A stretch of DNA of 28,693 nucleotides from Oscillospiraceae bacterium (GTDB taxonomy: Bacteria; Bacillota; Clostridia; Oscillospirales; Ruminococcaceae), in NCBI GenBank assembly GCA_051882695.1, contig JBJESH010000329.1:1-28693 (forward strand), in the 5' to 3' direction. The translations under genes and the position numbers were made by a program. The notes beneath the pieces were generated by a model. It was given only the letters and a program-made list of their open reading frames with translations. It made no database searches and was not told where the DNA came from. Shown one piece after another: positions 8,925 through 18,413 of this stretch (its first letter is position 1; every line of letters starts with the position of its first letter).

Positions 8925-9779
8925 TTATTTCAAAAGCTTCAAAAGAGCCTCCGCACATTCTTCTTCGCTGATAATATGTGTATCGGACGGCAGTCCGCTT
9001 TCATTAAGAAGATACATAAGCTCCGTTACCTGCGGCACATCAAGTCCGATTTTTTTCATTGTTTCGACATTTGAAAAAACTTCTCTCGGAACATTATCCA
9101 TAATGATTTCACCGTTGTCCATAACAACAATTCTGTCCGCCTGAGCAGCCTCATCCATATAATGTGTGATAAGCACAATAGTTATGCCATAGTCACGGTT
9201 AAGTTGTCTGATGGTTTTCAGAACCTCTTGTCTGCCTTTTGGGTCGAGCATTGCGGTAGGCTCGTCCAGTACGATACAGTCAGGACGCATTGCAATTATT
9301 CCTGCGATTGCAACACGCTGTTTCTGACCGCCTGAAAGCTGATGTGGAGAATGCTCACGATACTCATACATACCAACTGATTTAAGCGCGTCATCAACAC
9401 GCTTGCGCATTTCGTCGGGAGGTACGCCTAAATTCTCAAGGGCAAAAGCAACATCCTCCTCAACTATAGTCGCAACGATCTGGTTATCAGGATTCTGAAA
9501 AACCATTCCAACACGCTGGCGGATATCGAAAAGCTTTTCCTCGTCAGAGGTATCTATACCCTCAACATAAACCTTTCCGCCGCATGGCAGAAGTATTGCA
9601 TTAAAATGCTTTGCAATCGTGGACTTTCCGGAACCGTTATGTCCGAGAATTGCCGTAAAGCTTCCCTTTTTTATATCAAGAGAAACGCCTTTAAGCACCT
9701 GCTTTACAGGCGCATTCTCCTCAAATTCATTATCATAGTGAAATTCAACATTTTCTGCTGATATTATTTTTTCCTGCAT
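8925..9779 (-). CDS. ecfA1: ECF transporter ATPase EcfA1
   Basis: Start MQEKII (ATG 9779, RBS AAAGGA); [35 protein letters not shown]. Confidence 0.95.
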   Translation of the reverse strand: MQEKIISAENVEFHYDNEFEENAPVKQVLKGVSLDIKKGSFTAILGHNGSGKSTIAKHFNAILLPCGGKVYVEGIDTSDEEKLFDIRQRVGMVFQNPDNQIVATIVEEDVAFALENLGVPPDEMRKRVDDALKSVGMYEYREHSPHQLSGGQKQRVAIAGIIAMRPDCIVLDEPTAMLDPKGRQEVLKTIRQLNRDYGITIVLITHYMDEAAQADRIVVMDNGEIIMDNVPREVFSNVETMKKIGLDVPQVTELMYLLNESGLPSDTHIISEEECAEALLKLLK

Positions 9780-9795
9780 AATATTTTCCTTTTCA

Positions 9796-9981
9796 TTAAA
9801 GCTGTTCTGAAAAAGCAATTGCTATCAGCAGAAATCCTGCAATTGCGTAAATAATACGCATTGCAATTCTGCCGGCTCCTTTTACCGGAACACTTCTTAT
9901 CCGATAAAAATCTCCTGCCCGTCCCGAAAAAGACGAATACATCAATACTATTCCCAAAACAAGAGTTATAAACTGTTTCAC
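9796..9981 (-). CDS. Small 2-TM membrane protein, 61 aa, function unknown
   Basis: GTG start at 9981 with RBS GGGAGG 7 nt upstream; two hydrophobic helices joined by a basic loop; fills the gap in a tightly packed gene run. Confidence 0.75.
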   Translation of the reverse strand: MKQFITLVLGIVLMYSSFSGRAGDFYRIRSVPVKGAGRIAMRIIYAIAGFLLIAIAFSEQL

Positions 9982-10003
9982 AGCTGAGCCTCCCAAAATG
10001 GGG

Positions 10004-10204
10004 TCACGCAAAGCTGATAAGCTCAATACCGCTGATCAAAGCCGCCAACAGCAAAAGCGCACCCACTATTATATAGGTAATCTTTACTGTTTTGACTTCC
10101 TTTTCGGAAAGCGGCGTACCCATTTTAGATTTGAAAGCCCTGCCCTTTCCCGTAATTCCGACGAAGAGAAAATATGCTCCGCCGATCAACGCTAAAAACG
10201 GCAT
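10004..10204 (-). CDS. Small 2-TM membrane protein, 66 aa, function unknown; probable paralog of 9796-9981
   Basis: ATG with RBS AAAGGAAG; two TM helices with a basic loop; aligns without gaps to the neighbouring microprotein. Confidence 0.75.
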   Translation of the reverse strand: MPFLALIGGAYFLFVGITGKGRAFKSKMGTPLSEKEVKTVKITYIIVGALLLLAALISGIELISFA

Positions 10205-10223
10205 TACCGTTACTTCCTTTCAG

Positions 10224-11087
10224 TTATTTGCTCCATATTGCCGTTGAGCCGCAGGGCAGCACGCATCCGCTTGCTTCAACGGGCAATCCTATTTCATCTG
10301 CGGTAACGCTTCCGCCAAACTTTCCACATATGGTTTCGCTGAGGATATATGCCATTACAGACGGTGAAAGTCCCGTTGTATAGCTGTTCAGCAGGAAGAA
10401 AAGCGGCTCGTCGCTGAGTACATTTGTGCAAAGCTTTACCAGATCGTAAATACAGTCCTCAAGCTTCCATACTTCCTGATTTGGTCCTCTTCCATATGAC
10501 GGCGGATCCATAATAACGGCGTCATAACGTCTGCCGCGCTTTATCTCACGGGCAACAAATTTTTCGCAGTCATCAACTATCCAGCGAATCGGTTTATCTG
10601 AAAGTCCCGAAGAAGCGGCATTGTCCCTTGCCCACTGAACCATTCCCTTTGAAGCGTCCACATGGCACACTGAAGCGCCTGCATTTGCACAGGCGAGTGT
10701 TGCTCCGCCGGTATAAGCAAAAAGGTTAAGAACGTTTATTTGTCTTCCTGCATTGCGGATAATGGTATCCATATAGTCCCAATTGACAGCCTGTTCGGGG
10801 AAAAGTCCCGTATGCTTAAAGCCTGTGGGTCTGATATTGAACTTCAGATCACCGTAGCTGATAAGCCAGCTTTCGGGAATCTTTTTCTTAAAGCTCCACT
10901 GACCGCCGCCCTTGTCGGAACGGTGATAGTGTCCGTAAGCATTATTCCACAGATTTGACTTTTTTTCTGTTTTCCAGATAATCTGAGGGTCGGGACGGAT
11001 AAGTGAAATATCGCCCCAAAGCTCCAGCTTTTCGGAGGAGGTACAGTCAACAAGGCGGTAATCCTTCCATTTATCTGCTGTTCTCAT
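10224..11087 (-). CDS. Class I SAM-dependent methyltransferase (RlmI/RlmK-like, probably acting on rRNA)
   Basis: HTGLFPEQAVNW, VLNLFAYTGG, HVDAS, DAVIMDPPSYG motifs. Confidence 0.85.
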   Translation of the reverse strand: MRTADKWKDYRLVDCTSSEKLELWGDISLIRPDPQIIWKTEKKSNLWNNAYGHYHRSDKGGGQWSFKKKIPESWLISYGDLKFNIRPTGFKHTGLFPEQAVNWDYMDTIIRNAGRQINVLNLFAYTGGATLACANAGASVCHVDASKGMVQWARDNAASSGLSDKPIRWIVDDCEKFVAREIKRGRRYDAVIMDPPSYGRGPNQEVWKLEDCIYDLVKLCTNVLSDEPLFFLLNSYTTGLSPSVMAYILSETICGKFGGSVTADEIGLPVEASGCVLPCGSTAIWSK

Positions 11088-11108
11088 TTATTTTATTTCC
11101 TTTCAATC

Positions 11109-12470
11109 TTACTCCGCTGTGCAGCGCTCCTTGATCTTATCTGCAATCTCAAGCGCCATGTCGTTGATAAGGTCAAAACGCTTACCCTCTATCATTACTC
11201 TGATAAGCGGCTCTGTTCCGCTTTCACGGACAAGTATTCTTCCGCTTGAACCAAGCTTTTTCTGATTTTCGGTAATTGCCTTTTCAATCTCCACATCATT
11301 CTTCCACGCTTCTTTCCACTTAGGCGTGATCTTTACGTTTATCATTACCTGCGGATATCTTTCCATCATTGAGCCAAGCTCGGAAACTTTTCGTTCCTGC
11401 CGCTTAACGATACTGAGAAGCTGAACTGCGGTAAGCTGACCGTCGCCTGTTGTTGCAAAGTCGTGGAAAATAATATGTCCCGACTGTTCACCGCCAAGGT
11501 TATAGCCGCCTGCAAGCATCTGTTCCATAATATAGCGGTCTCCAACCTTTGTGGTGATCATGTTAATATTATTATTCTTTGCAAAGTGGGTAAAACCGAG
11601 GTTTGTAAGTACTGTTACAACTGCGGTATTCTTTTTCAAAGTGCCTTTGTCACGCATATCTCTCGCAAAAATCGCAATAAGCTTATCGCCGTCAAGAATC
11701 GCTCCTGTTTCGTCTACTGCAAGACACCTGTCGGCATCTCCGTCAAAAGCTACACCAAGATGGCATTTCTTTTCAACAACGTAACGGGAAATTGCATCCA
11801 TATATGTTGAACCGCACTTATCATTGATATTTGTACCGTTAGGCGAAGAATTAAACAAGAATACCGTTGCTCCCAGTCCTCCGAAAAGCCTTTCGGCTGT
11901 TGCGCTTGCCGAACCGTTTGCACAGTCTATTGCAACCCTTATGCCCGACAGATCATGGTCTATGGTTTTCATTACATATCTGATGTAATCCCACTCTCCG
12001 TTCTTATCATAGCTTATTCTGCCTACATTTGCACCGCCCGTCATTGCTGCGCTTATCTCTTCGGGACTGTCAAGAACGAGCCTTTCAATTTCTTCTTCTA
12101 TATCGTCTGAAAGCTTATATCCCGAACCTGAGAAAAGCTTTATTCCGTTGAACTCCATACTGTTGTGGGAAGCCGATATCATCACGCCTGCATCAGCTTC
12201 GCGCTTTCTAACAAGAAATGCTACTGCAGGAGTCGGGACGACACCGAGAATTACTGCGTCTGCACCCATTGAGCATATTCCCGCAACAAGAGCTGCTTCA
12301 AGAACGTCCGATGAAATTCTTGTATCTTTTCCTATAAGTATTTTCGGTTTATGGTGCGATTTCTGCGTTAAAACCATTGCAGCCGCCCTGCCTATCTGCA
12401 TTGCAGTTTCGCAGGTAAGCTCCGTAAGGGCAACCCCTCTCGCTCCGTCAGTGCCGAATAATCTGCCCAT
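11109..12470 (-). CDS. glmM: Phosphoglucosamine mutase
   Basis: LFGTDG, ISASHN (phosphoserine), FDGDADR metal loop, GGEQSGH, RESGTEPLIRVM. Confidence 0.96.
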   Translation of the reverse strand: MGRLFGTDGARGVALTELTCETAMQIGRAAAMVLTQKSHHKPKILIGKDTRISSDVLEAALVAGICSMGADAVILGVVPTPAVAFLVRKREADAGVMISASHNSMEFNGIKLFSGSGYKLSDDIEEEIERLVLDSPEEISAAMTGGANVGRISYDKNGEWDYIRYVMKTIDHDLSGIRVAIDCANGSASATAERLFGGLGATVFLFNSSPNGTNINDKCGSTYMDAISRYVVEKKCHLGVAFDGDADRCLAVDETGAILDGDKLIAIFARDMRDKGTLKKNTAVVTVLTNLGFTHFAKNNNINMITTKVGDRYIMEQMLAGGYNLGGEQSGHIIFHDFATTGDGQLTAVQLLSIVKRQERKVSELGSMMERYPQVMINVKITPKWKEAWKNDVEIEKAITENQKKLGSSGRILVRESGTEPLIRVMIEGKRFDLINDMALEIADKIKERCTAE

Positions 12471-12506
12471 ATTAAAATTCTCCTTTATTGTAGATTGCTG
12501 TTAAAA

Positions 12507-13577
12507 TTACTCAAAAAAGGTTTGCTGAGTATTGTCAGCTGCGCCGCCCTTGTACTCATAACCCATGTGCTTATATGCAAGCGCCGTTGCGCAGCGTCCT
12601 CTCGGAGTTCGTGCAACAAATCCAAGCTGCATAAGGAACGGCTCGCAGACATCTTCAAGGGTAACCGCTTCCTCACCGATTGCCGAAGCAAGAGTTTCAA
12701 GTCCGACAGGACCGCCGTTATACCCTCTGATAAGCATATTGAGCATACGCTTGTCAAGATTGTCAAGACCGAGACTGTCTATCTCCATTCGGTCAAGAGC
12801 GATTTTTGCAATATCTTCGGTAATTTTACCGTTGCCGATAACCTCTGCAAAATCGCGGACGCGCTTCAGCAAACGGTTTGCGATACGAGGAGTACCTCTC
12901 GCACGCTTGGCAAGCTCCATTGCGCCCGACTTATCGCAGGCTATTCCGAGAATGACAGCAGAGCGCATTATAATATCACAAAGCTGCTCGTAAGTATAAA
13001 GCTCAAGGCGCTGAATTACTCCAAATCTGTCACGAAGAGGTGACGTAAGCTGACCTGCTCTTGTAGTTGCACCGATAAGTGTGAACTTAGGCAAGTCGAT
13101 TCTCAAAGAACGTGCAGAAGGACCTTTTCCGATAATGATATCCAGTGCATAGTCCTCAAGTGCAGGATAGAGGACCTCTTCAATTGAACGTGAAAGGCGG
13201 TGTATTTCATCAATAAAAAGCACATCATGCTCAGAAAGATTTGTAAGCAGCGCCGCTAAATCTCCCGGCTTTTCAATTGCAGGTCCTGAGGTTATGCGAA
13301 TATTTACTCCCATTTCATGAGCTATAATTGCAGAAAGAGTGGTTTTTCCAAGACCGGGGGGACCATAAAGCAAAACATGGTCAAGCGGCTCTCCGCGTTT
13401 TTTTGCCGCCTCGATGTAAACGGACATATTCTCTTTGACTTTATCCTGACCAATATACTCAGACAAAGTTTTGGGACGGAGTCCAACTTCTATATCGTCC
13501 GTATCGTTTTCCGTTACGTTCGGAGAAACCATCCTGCTTTCGGAACGTTCAAAATTCATTTCGCTTGATTCCAGCAA
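12507..13577 (-). CDS. ruvB: Holliday junction branch migration helicase RuvB
   Basis: [45 protein letters not shown]; TTG start with RBS AAAGGAAG. Confidence 0.97.
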   Translation of the reverse strand: MLESSEMNFERSESRMVSPNVTENDTDDIEVGLRPKTLSEYIGQDKVKENMSVYIEAAKKRGEPLDHVLLYGPPGLGKTTLSAIIAHEMGVNIRITSGPAIEKPGDLAALLTNLSEHDVLFIDEIHRLSRSIEEVLYPALEDYALDIIIGKGPSARSLRIDLPKFTLIGATTRAGQLTSPLRDRFGVIQRLELYTYEQLCDIIMRSAVILGIACDKSGAMELAKRARGTPRIANRLLKRVRDFAEVIGNGKITEDIAKIALDRMEIDSLGLDNLDKRMLNMLIRGYNGGPVGLETLASAIGEEAVTLEDVCEPFLMQLGFVARTPRGRCATALAYKHMGYEYKGGAADNTQQTFFE

Positions 13578-13606
13578 TTTTATCTTCCTTTCATGCCATC
13601 ATCGAG

Positions 13607-14788
13607 TTATATCAGCTTTTTCTGTTTGTATTCCTTAGTCTGTTTTGTCGGTATCACGATCAGAGGTATTATCATTTCCTCATCGGTAAGCCCGCCGTGA
13701 TTTGCTTTATTCATTTGCTTTGGCTTTTCGTTCAAAGTCTGATATCGTAAGTTTTTATCGGCAATTGCACAAATCATATAGTCGCCGATAAAATCTATAG
13801 TTTTCGGATGCGGTTCGCCGCGTCCGAGAATACCTTTTGCAAGCACATCATTTCTCGAAAGCACAATAAAATCATTTCCAAGATAGCTGCGGCACGCACG
13901 TTCAAAGTCTGTACGTCTGTCATATTTTACATAGCACGCCGCTGCACGGCTTTCAACAAACGGCGGCACAACAAGGCAGTCTGAAATTTCTCTTATATGA
14001 TTGATTTTTATTTCCTCAGAAATGTTGATAAGTCCATGGTCGGCAGAAATTATAACCAGCGTATCGGTAAGTCTGGCGCAAAGCTCCTCTATCTGATTGC
14101 TTAAAAATTTAAGCTTTTCCGCAGTTTTTTCACCGTAGCAGCCCTCCCTGTGTGCAGTATCGTCCGGACTGTTCCACTGAACGTATGTAAACGTATTCTG
14201 AGGTGTGGCACAAATCATTTTTATTAGTTCGCAGACACGTTCAAATTTATCAGCTGTTTTATGTATGTTTCCTTTTTCGGCAATATTTACCCCCGTCTGT
14301 GCAATTGTAAAAGGCTGAACATCACCGATAATCGAATCTGCAATATCCTGATATATTGTTTCATACGGCATTACAAATTCTGCAGCACTTGCTTTTGTTA
14401 TAGGCAGCTTTGTATAAGTATCAAGATTTGTAAAAACATCAATTGTACGGCAGAATTCTTTGAAAAAAAGCGACCAGCCGAGCCATCCGTGTTCATTAGG
14501 AGAAACGCCCGTATAATAACTTGTCATTGCCGAAACGGTAGTGGACGGAAAAACCGATGTGAGATTTTCCATATGGTGCTTACGCAGAAAATTGGAAGCA
14601 ATAAGGTTTCTTTCCATCATATCTGTGCCCATTCCGTCAAGGATTATCAAAACAACATTTTTGTAAAATTTATCAAGGTGCGCATCAAGCTTAGGAAGTG
14701 TATGATACTCGATCGGCGCACGGTAATATTTTCTTATGGAAGAAATAATATTTACGGGACATCTTGTATAATCCGGATATGAAAGCAT
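13607..14788 (-). CDS. Alkaline phosphatase superfamily nucleotide pyrophosphatase/phosphodiesterase, cytoplasmic, 393 aa
   Basis: Start MLSYPDY (ATG 14788, RBS AAAGGAG). Metal and nucleophile motifs: ILDGMG, FPSTT (Thr nucleophile), PDDTAH, SADHG, NHGG. No signal peptide visible. Confidence 0.85.
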   Translation of the reverse strand: MLSYPDYTRCPVNIISSIRKYYRAPIEYHTLPKLDAHLDKFYKNVVLIILDGMGTDMMERNLIASNFLRKHHMENLTSVFPSTTVSAMTSYYTGVSPNEHGWLGWSLFFKEFCRTIDVFTNLDTYTKLPITKASAAEFVMPYETIYQDIADSIIGDVQPFTIAQTGVNIAEKGNIHKTADKFERVCELIKMICATPQNTFTYVQWNSPDDTAHREGCYGEKTAEKLKFLSNQIEELCARLTDTLVIISADHGLINISEEIKINHIREISDCLVVPPFVESRAAACYVKYDRRTDFERACRSYLGNDFIVLSRNDVLAKGILGRGEPHPKTIDFIGDYMICAIADKNLRYQTLNEKPKQMNKANHGGLTDEEMIIPLIVIPTKQTKEYKQKKLI

Positions 14789-14830
14789 TTTTGCGCTCCT
14801 TTCCATAATATGTATTTTCAGCTTGTACCT

Positions 14831-15436
14831 TTACAGATTTGCCGCCATTTTTTTAAGAGACTGACGGATAAGCTCTTCAACAGACAGCGACGGGTCAAGC
14901 TTTGCAACCGCAGAAGCAGCTTCAGTCTGGCTGTAACCCAATACAACAAGAGCCGAAATTGCTTCAGAGGTATTGCTGCCGTTTGTAACAGCTTCAAAAT
15001 CGACTTCCATACTTTCTGTCGAAGAAAGCTGTTCTTTGGATATTTTATCTTTAAGCTCAAGAACAACTCTTTGCGCAAGCTTTGGACCAACGCCCTTTGT
15101 TTTTGTAAATGCCTTATAGTCCCCTGTTGCAACGGTAAGAGCAAAGCGTTCGGGATTAGTATCGGAAAGAATTGCAAGTCCCGCCTTTGGACCTACGCCC
15201 GAAACGGAGATCAACATTTTAAAGCAGTTAAGTTCCTGCTCGGTTGCAAACCCGAAAAGCTCAACGCTGTCTTCACGGACGTAAAGATAAGTGTAAAGCA
15301 TTGATTCTTCGCCTGTTCTTCCAATCTGAGCAAGTGTTGCCAGAGTCGTACGGCAGGCATAGCCTACTCCGCCGCATTCAATTACCGCAATATCGGTTCC
15401 TTTATGTATGATTTTTCCTCTTACGCTGTATATCAT
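14831..15436 (-). CDS. ruvA: Holliday junction DNA-binding protein RuvA
   Basis: GGVGY, VRED...LFGF, HhH motifs VSGVGPK and KGVGPKLAQR, C-terminal ALVVLGY. Confidence 0.97.
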   Translation of the reverse strand: MIYSVRGKIIHKGTDIAVIECGGVGYACRTTLATLAQIGRTGEESMLYTYLYVREDSVELFGFATEQELNCFKMLISVSGVGPKAGLAILSDTNPERFALTVATGDYKAFTKTKGVGPKLAQRVVLELKDKISKEQLSSTESMEVDFEAVTNGSNTSEAISALVVLGYSQTEAASAVAKLDPSLSVEELIRQSLKKMAANL

Positions 15437-15930
15437 TTAAATTGCTCCTTATATTTTATTCCGCCGCTAGAATGTCCGTGACAGATAGCTATTGCCAATG
15501 CATCGGCAGTATCGTCAGGCTTAGGCACATCGGCAAGCCCGAGAATTCGCCTCGTCATTTCCATTACCTGAGGCTTTTCAGCGCGACCGTAACCTACAAC
15601 CGACTGCTTCACCTGCAATGGGGTATACTCAAAAATCGGAATGCCCATATTGGTTGCCGCAAGAAGAGTTACTCCCCTCGCCTGTGCAACGTCGATACCG
15701 GTTTTTTGGTTGGTATTGAAAAACAGCTTTTCAATTGCCATAGCTTCCGGTTTAAATGTGTTAAGGACCGTATTCATATCATCATATATTGTTTTAAGCC
15801 GAAGTGTAAAATCTGTACCTGCTTCTGTGGTGATCGCCCCAAAATGAACGGGAACAAACTTGTAACCGTCGTATTCCACAATGCCGAATCCGACGATCGC
15901 ATAGCCCGGGTCAATTCCAAGAATTCTCAA
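15433..15930 (-). CDS. ruvC: Holliday junction resolvase RuvC
   Basis: ILGIDPG, AIEKLFF, QARGV, EYTP..VK, DDTADALA catalytic acidic residues. The TTG start at 15930 is the likely one; the exact start is uncertain. Confidence 0.95.
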   Translation of the reverse strand: MRILGIDPGYAIVGFGIVEYDGYKFVPVHFGAITTEAGTDFTLRLKTIYDDMNTVLNTFKPEAMAIEKLFFNTNQKTGIDVAQARGVTLLAATNMGIPIFEYTPLQVKQSVVGYGRAEKPQVMEMTRRILGLADVPKPDDTADALAIAICHGHSSGGIKYKEQFK

Positions 15931-15962
15931 ACAACACACTTCCCCCATCATAATAACAATTA

Positions 15963-15991
15963 ATTATATCATATAATTGCAAGTTCTGCAA
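15963..15991 (-). promoter_or_regulatory. Putative sigmaA promoter of the ruvC-led gene run
   Basis: TTGCAG (15991-15986), 17 bp spacer, TATAAT (15968-15963), with extended -10 TG. Confidence 0.7.
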
Positions 15992-16008
15992 TATTTTTTT
16001 GAAACTTA

Positions 16009-16037
16009 TTGTAATTTTGCTATAAATATTGTATAAT
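16009..16037 (+). promoter_or_regulatory. Putative sigmaA promoter of pheA-ispD-ispF (back-to-back with the ruvC promoter)
   Basis: TTGTAA (16009-16014), 17 bp spacer, TATAAT (16032-16037). Confidence 0.7.
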
Positions 16038-16074
16038 AAATTTGATGTCAAAGAAATCATTGGAGGATAACAAA

Positions 16075-17193
16075 ATGGATTTGATCGAGCTCAGGAATCA
16101 CATAGACGAAATCGATGGCGAAATTCTCAGACTTTTTGCGGAGCGTATGGAGGTTTGCCGCGATGTCGCAGAATATAAAAAGCAAAATAATCTTCCCGTT
16201 ATGCAGGGCGGACGGGAGCATCAGATCATTGAACGGGTACGAAACAGTTCTCCGGATGGTTTGAAAGACGGTGCGGCTATGCTGTTTCAGAATATTATGG
16301 ATATAAGCAAATGTATTCAGAATATGGAAATTCAGCATGATTCCCACCTTTCTTCGCCTAAACCGTTTATTCCGGAAAATGCCGTTAAAATCGCCTGTCA
16401 GGGTACTGTGGGTGCTTACTCAGAAGCTGCGTGCAGGAAGCTTTTCGGCGATAAGCCGGCTGTATTTTACCACGAATTTGAGGATGTTTTCAATGCAGTC
16501 GAAAGCGGAGAAGCGGATTATGGTATTCTCCCACTTGAAAATTCCACAATAGGTACAATTTCCGAGACTTATGACCTTATGTCAAAACACCGCTGCAACA
16601 TCTGCTCCATTGTAAGGGTTGAAATTACTCATTGTCTTGCGGCTGTTAAAGGCGCTGACCTTGACAGCATTAAGCAGGTTTACTCCAAAGCCGAAGCACT
16701 TTCTCAATGCTCTGAGTTTATCAAAGACAACGGACTTATACGCCGCGAATATGCTAATACGGCTCTTTCCGCAGAACTTATCAAGGAAAGAAATGACCCG
16801 TCCATTGCCTGCATATGCTCAAAAAGCTGTGCTGAGCTTTATGGTCTTGAAATTGTCAGTGACAGAATTGCAGACGCTTATCCGAATTATACAAGATTCA
16901 TATGCTTTTCAAAGGATTACATATCTCCTTCCGATGCGGACACTATCAGCGTTTGTGTTGCCATTTCCAACACTCCTGGATCACTGTATCGTATGCTGAC
17001 CAAGTTCTCGGTTGCAGGTCTTAATCTAACCAAAATCGAGAGCAAAAATATTGCCGGAAGCGACTTTGAGGTACTTTTTTACCTTGACTTTAAGGGCAGC
17101 TGTGCAGATTCTAAAGTCGTTACACTTCTGAATGACCTTGAAAGCGAAATGTCATTCTTCCGTTTTCTCGGAAGCTTCAAGGAAATTGTCTGA
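16075..17193 (+). CDS. pheA: Bifunctional chorismate mutase/prephenate dehydratase
   Basis: Start MDLIELRNHIDEID (ATG 16075, RBS GGAGG); AroQ-type CM domain; PDT motifs PLENS and YTRF; C-terminal ACT domain (PGSLY, NLTKIES). Confidence 0.93.
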   Translation: MDLIELRNHIDEIDGEILRLFAERMEVCRDVAEYKKQNNLPVMQGGREHQIIERVRNSSPDGLKDGAAMLFQNIMDISKCIQNMEIQHDSHLSSPKPFIPENAVKIACQGTVGAYSEAACRKLFGDKPAVFYHEFEDVFNAVESGEADYGILPLENSTIGTISETYDLMSKHRCNICSIVRVEITHCLAAVKGADLDSIKQVYSKAEALSQCSEFIKDNGLIRREYANTALSAELIKERNDPSIACICSKSCAELYGLEIVSDRIADAYPNYTRFICFSKDYISPSDADTISVCVAISNTPGSLYRMLTKFSVAGLNLTKIESKNIAGSDFEVLFYLDFKGSCADSKVVTLLNDLESEMSFFRFLGSFKEIV

Positions 17194-17207
17194 CGGGAGG
17201 GTTTATT

Positions 17208-17900
17208 ATGCAGGATATGACCGTTTCCGCAATTATCGCCTGTGCAGGCAGTTCCTCACGAATGAACGGAGTAAACAAGCAGCTTTGGGAGCTTGAAGGT
17301 ATTCCTGTTGCCGTGCGCTCCATGCTTGCATTTGAAAGTATTGACGAGGTCACGGAAATAATCGTTTCCGCAAAAGAATGTGATATTCCCGAAATTGAAC
17401 AGCTTGCCGAAAAGTACGGAATAACCAAATTCAAGTGTGCAGTGACAGGAGGCGAAACGCGCCAGCAATCGGTTTTCAAAGCGTTTATGGAGACGGATAA
17501 AGCTACACGTTTAATTGCCGTACACGACGGAGCGCGCCCCTTTGTGAACCCAGAACACATACGCAGGTGCATTAAGGACGCATCAATTTTTGGCGGTGCG
17601 GTACTGGGTGTTCCCGTGAAGGATACTCTGAAAATTGTTGACGGAGGTCTGATAGTTGACACGCCTAACCGCAGTCAGCTTTATATTACTCAGACGCCGC
17701 AAATTTTCCGAAGGGATATTTATGTAAAGGGAATAAACTTTGCAAACGAACACGAACTTGATTTTACGGACGATTGTCAGCTTGCCGAGGCTATTGGCGT
17801 CAAAGTCAACATGACGATTTCCGATTACCGCAACATCAAAATCACAACGCCCGAGGATTTGGCAGTGGCAGAAGTATTTTTAAGAATGGAGCATATATAA
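17208..17900 (+). CDS. ispD: 2-C-methyl-D-erythritol 4-phosphate cytidylyltransferase
   Basis: AGSSSRM...[24 protein letters not shown] motifs. Confidence 0.95.
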   Translation: MQDMTVSAIIACAGSSSRMNGVNKQLWELEGIPVAVRSMLAFESIDEVTEIIVSAKECDIPEIEQLAEKYGITKFKCAVTGGETRQQSVFKAFMETDKATRLIAVHDGARPFVNPEHIRRCIKDASIFGGAVLGVPVKDTLKIVDGGLIVDTPNRSQLYITQTPQIFRRDIYVKGINFANEHELDFTDDCQLAEAIGVKVNMTISDYRNIKITTPEDLAVAEVFLRMEHI

Positions 17901-18379
17901 TGATTAGAATAGGTCATGGATATGATGTTCACCGTCTTGTCCCCGGACGTAAGCTTATTCTTGGCGGTGTGGATATTCCTCATGAAACGGGTCTGCTCGG
18001 GCACTCCGATGCAGACGTTGTAGTTCACGCAATTATGGACTCTATTCTTGGTGCGCTTGCTTTTGGCGATATCGGAAAGCACTTTCCCGACAGCGATCCG
18101 GAATACAGCGGTGCAGACAGTATCATGTTACTGAAAAAGGTTATGGAAATTGTTTCGTCACAAGGATATACAGTTGGAAACATTGACAGCACCATTATAT
18201 GCCAAGCACCAAAGCTTGCTCCTTATATTGATACAATGAGAAACAACATTGCAGCGGCGGCAGGCTGTGACGTTTCCCGTATAAGCGTTAAGGCCACAAC
18301 CGAAGAAAAACTCGGTTTTACCGGGGCTAAAGAGGGTATTGCAGCTCATGCGGTCTGCATTTTATACAAGGCTAATTAA
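17900..18379 (+). CDS. ispF: 2-C-methyl-D-erythritol 2,4-cyclodiphosphate synthase
   Basis: Start [11 protein letters not shown] (ATG overlaps the ispD TAA); [28 protein letters not shown] motifs. Confidence 0.96.
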   Translation: MIRIGHGYDVHRLVPGRKLILGGVDIPHETGLLGHSDADVVVHAIMDSILGALAFGDIGKHFPDSDPEYSGADSIMLLKKVMEIVSSQGYTVGNIDSTIICQAPKLAPYIDTMRNNIAAAAGCDVSRISVKATTEEKLGFTGAKEGIAAHAVCILYKAN

Positions 18380-18384
18380 ACGGT

Positions 18385-18413
18385 CACAGATAAGGTTTTA
18401 TATGCATATTATA
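18385..18413 (+). promoter_or_regulatory. Putative sigmaK-type sporulation promoter
   Basis: CACA (18385-18388), 16 bp spacer, CATA-TTA-TA (18405-18413), matching the Bacillus sigmaK pattern mACa-16-CATA---TA. An overlapping TATAAT has no good -35. Confidence 0.5.

Noticed and set aside
15952-16008. SOS (LexA) control of the ruv operon
   Set aside because: No GAAC-N4-GTTC/GTTT box found around the promoter.
17774-17899. IspD/IspF fusion or extended IspF suggested by the 201 aa ORF
   Set aside because: The extension overlaps ispD in another frame; the IspF start is the ATG overlapping the ispD stop (TAATG), and ispD ends normally.
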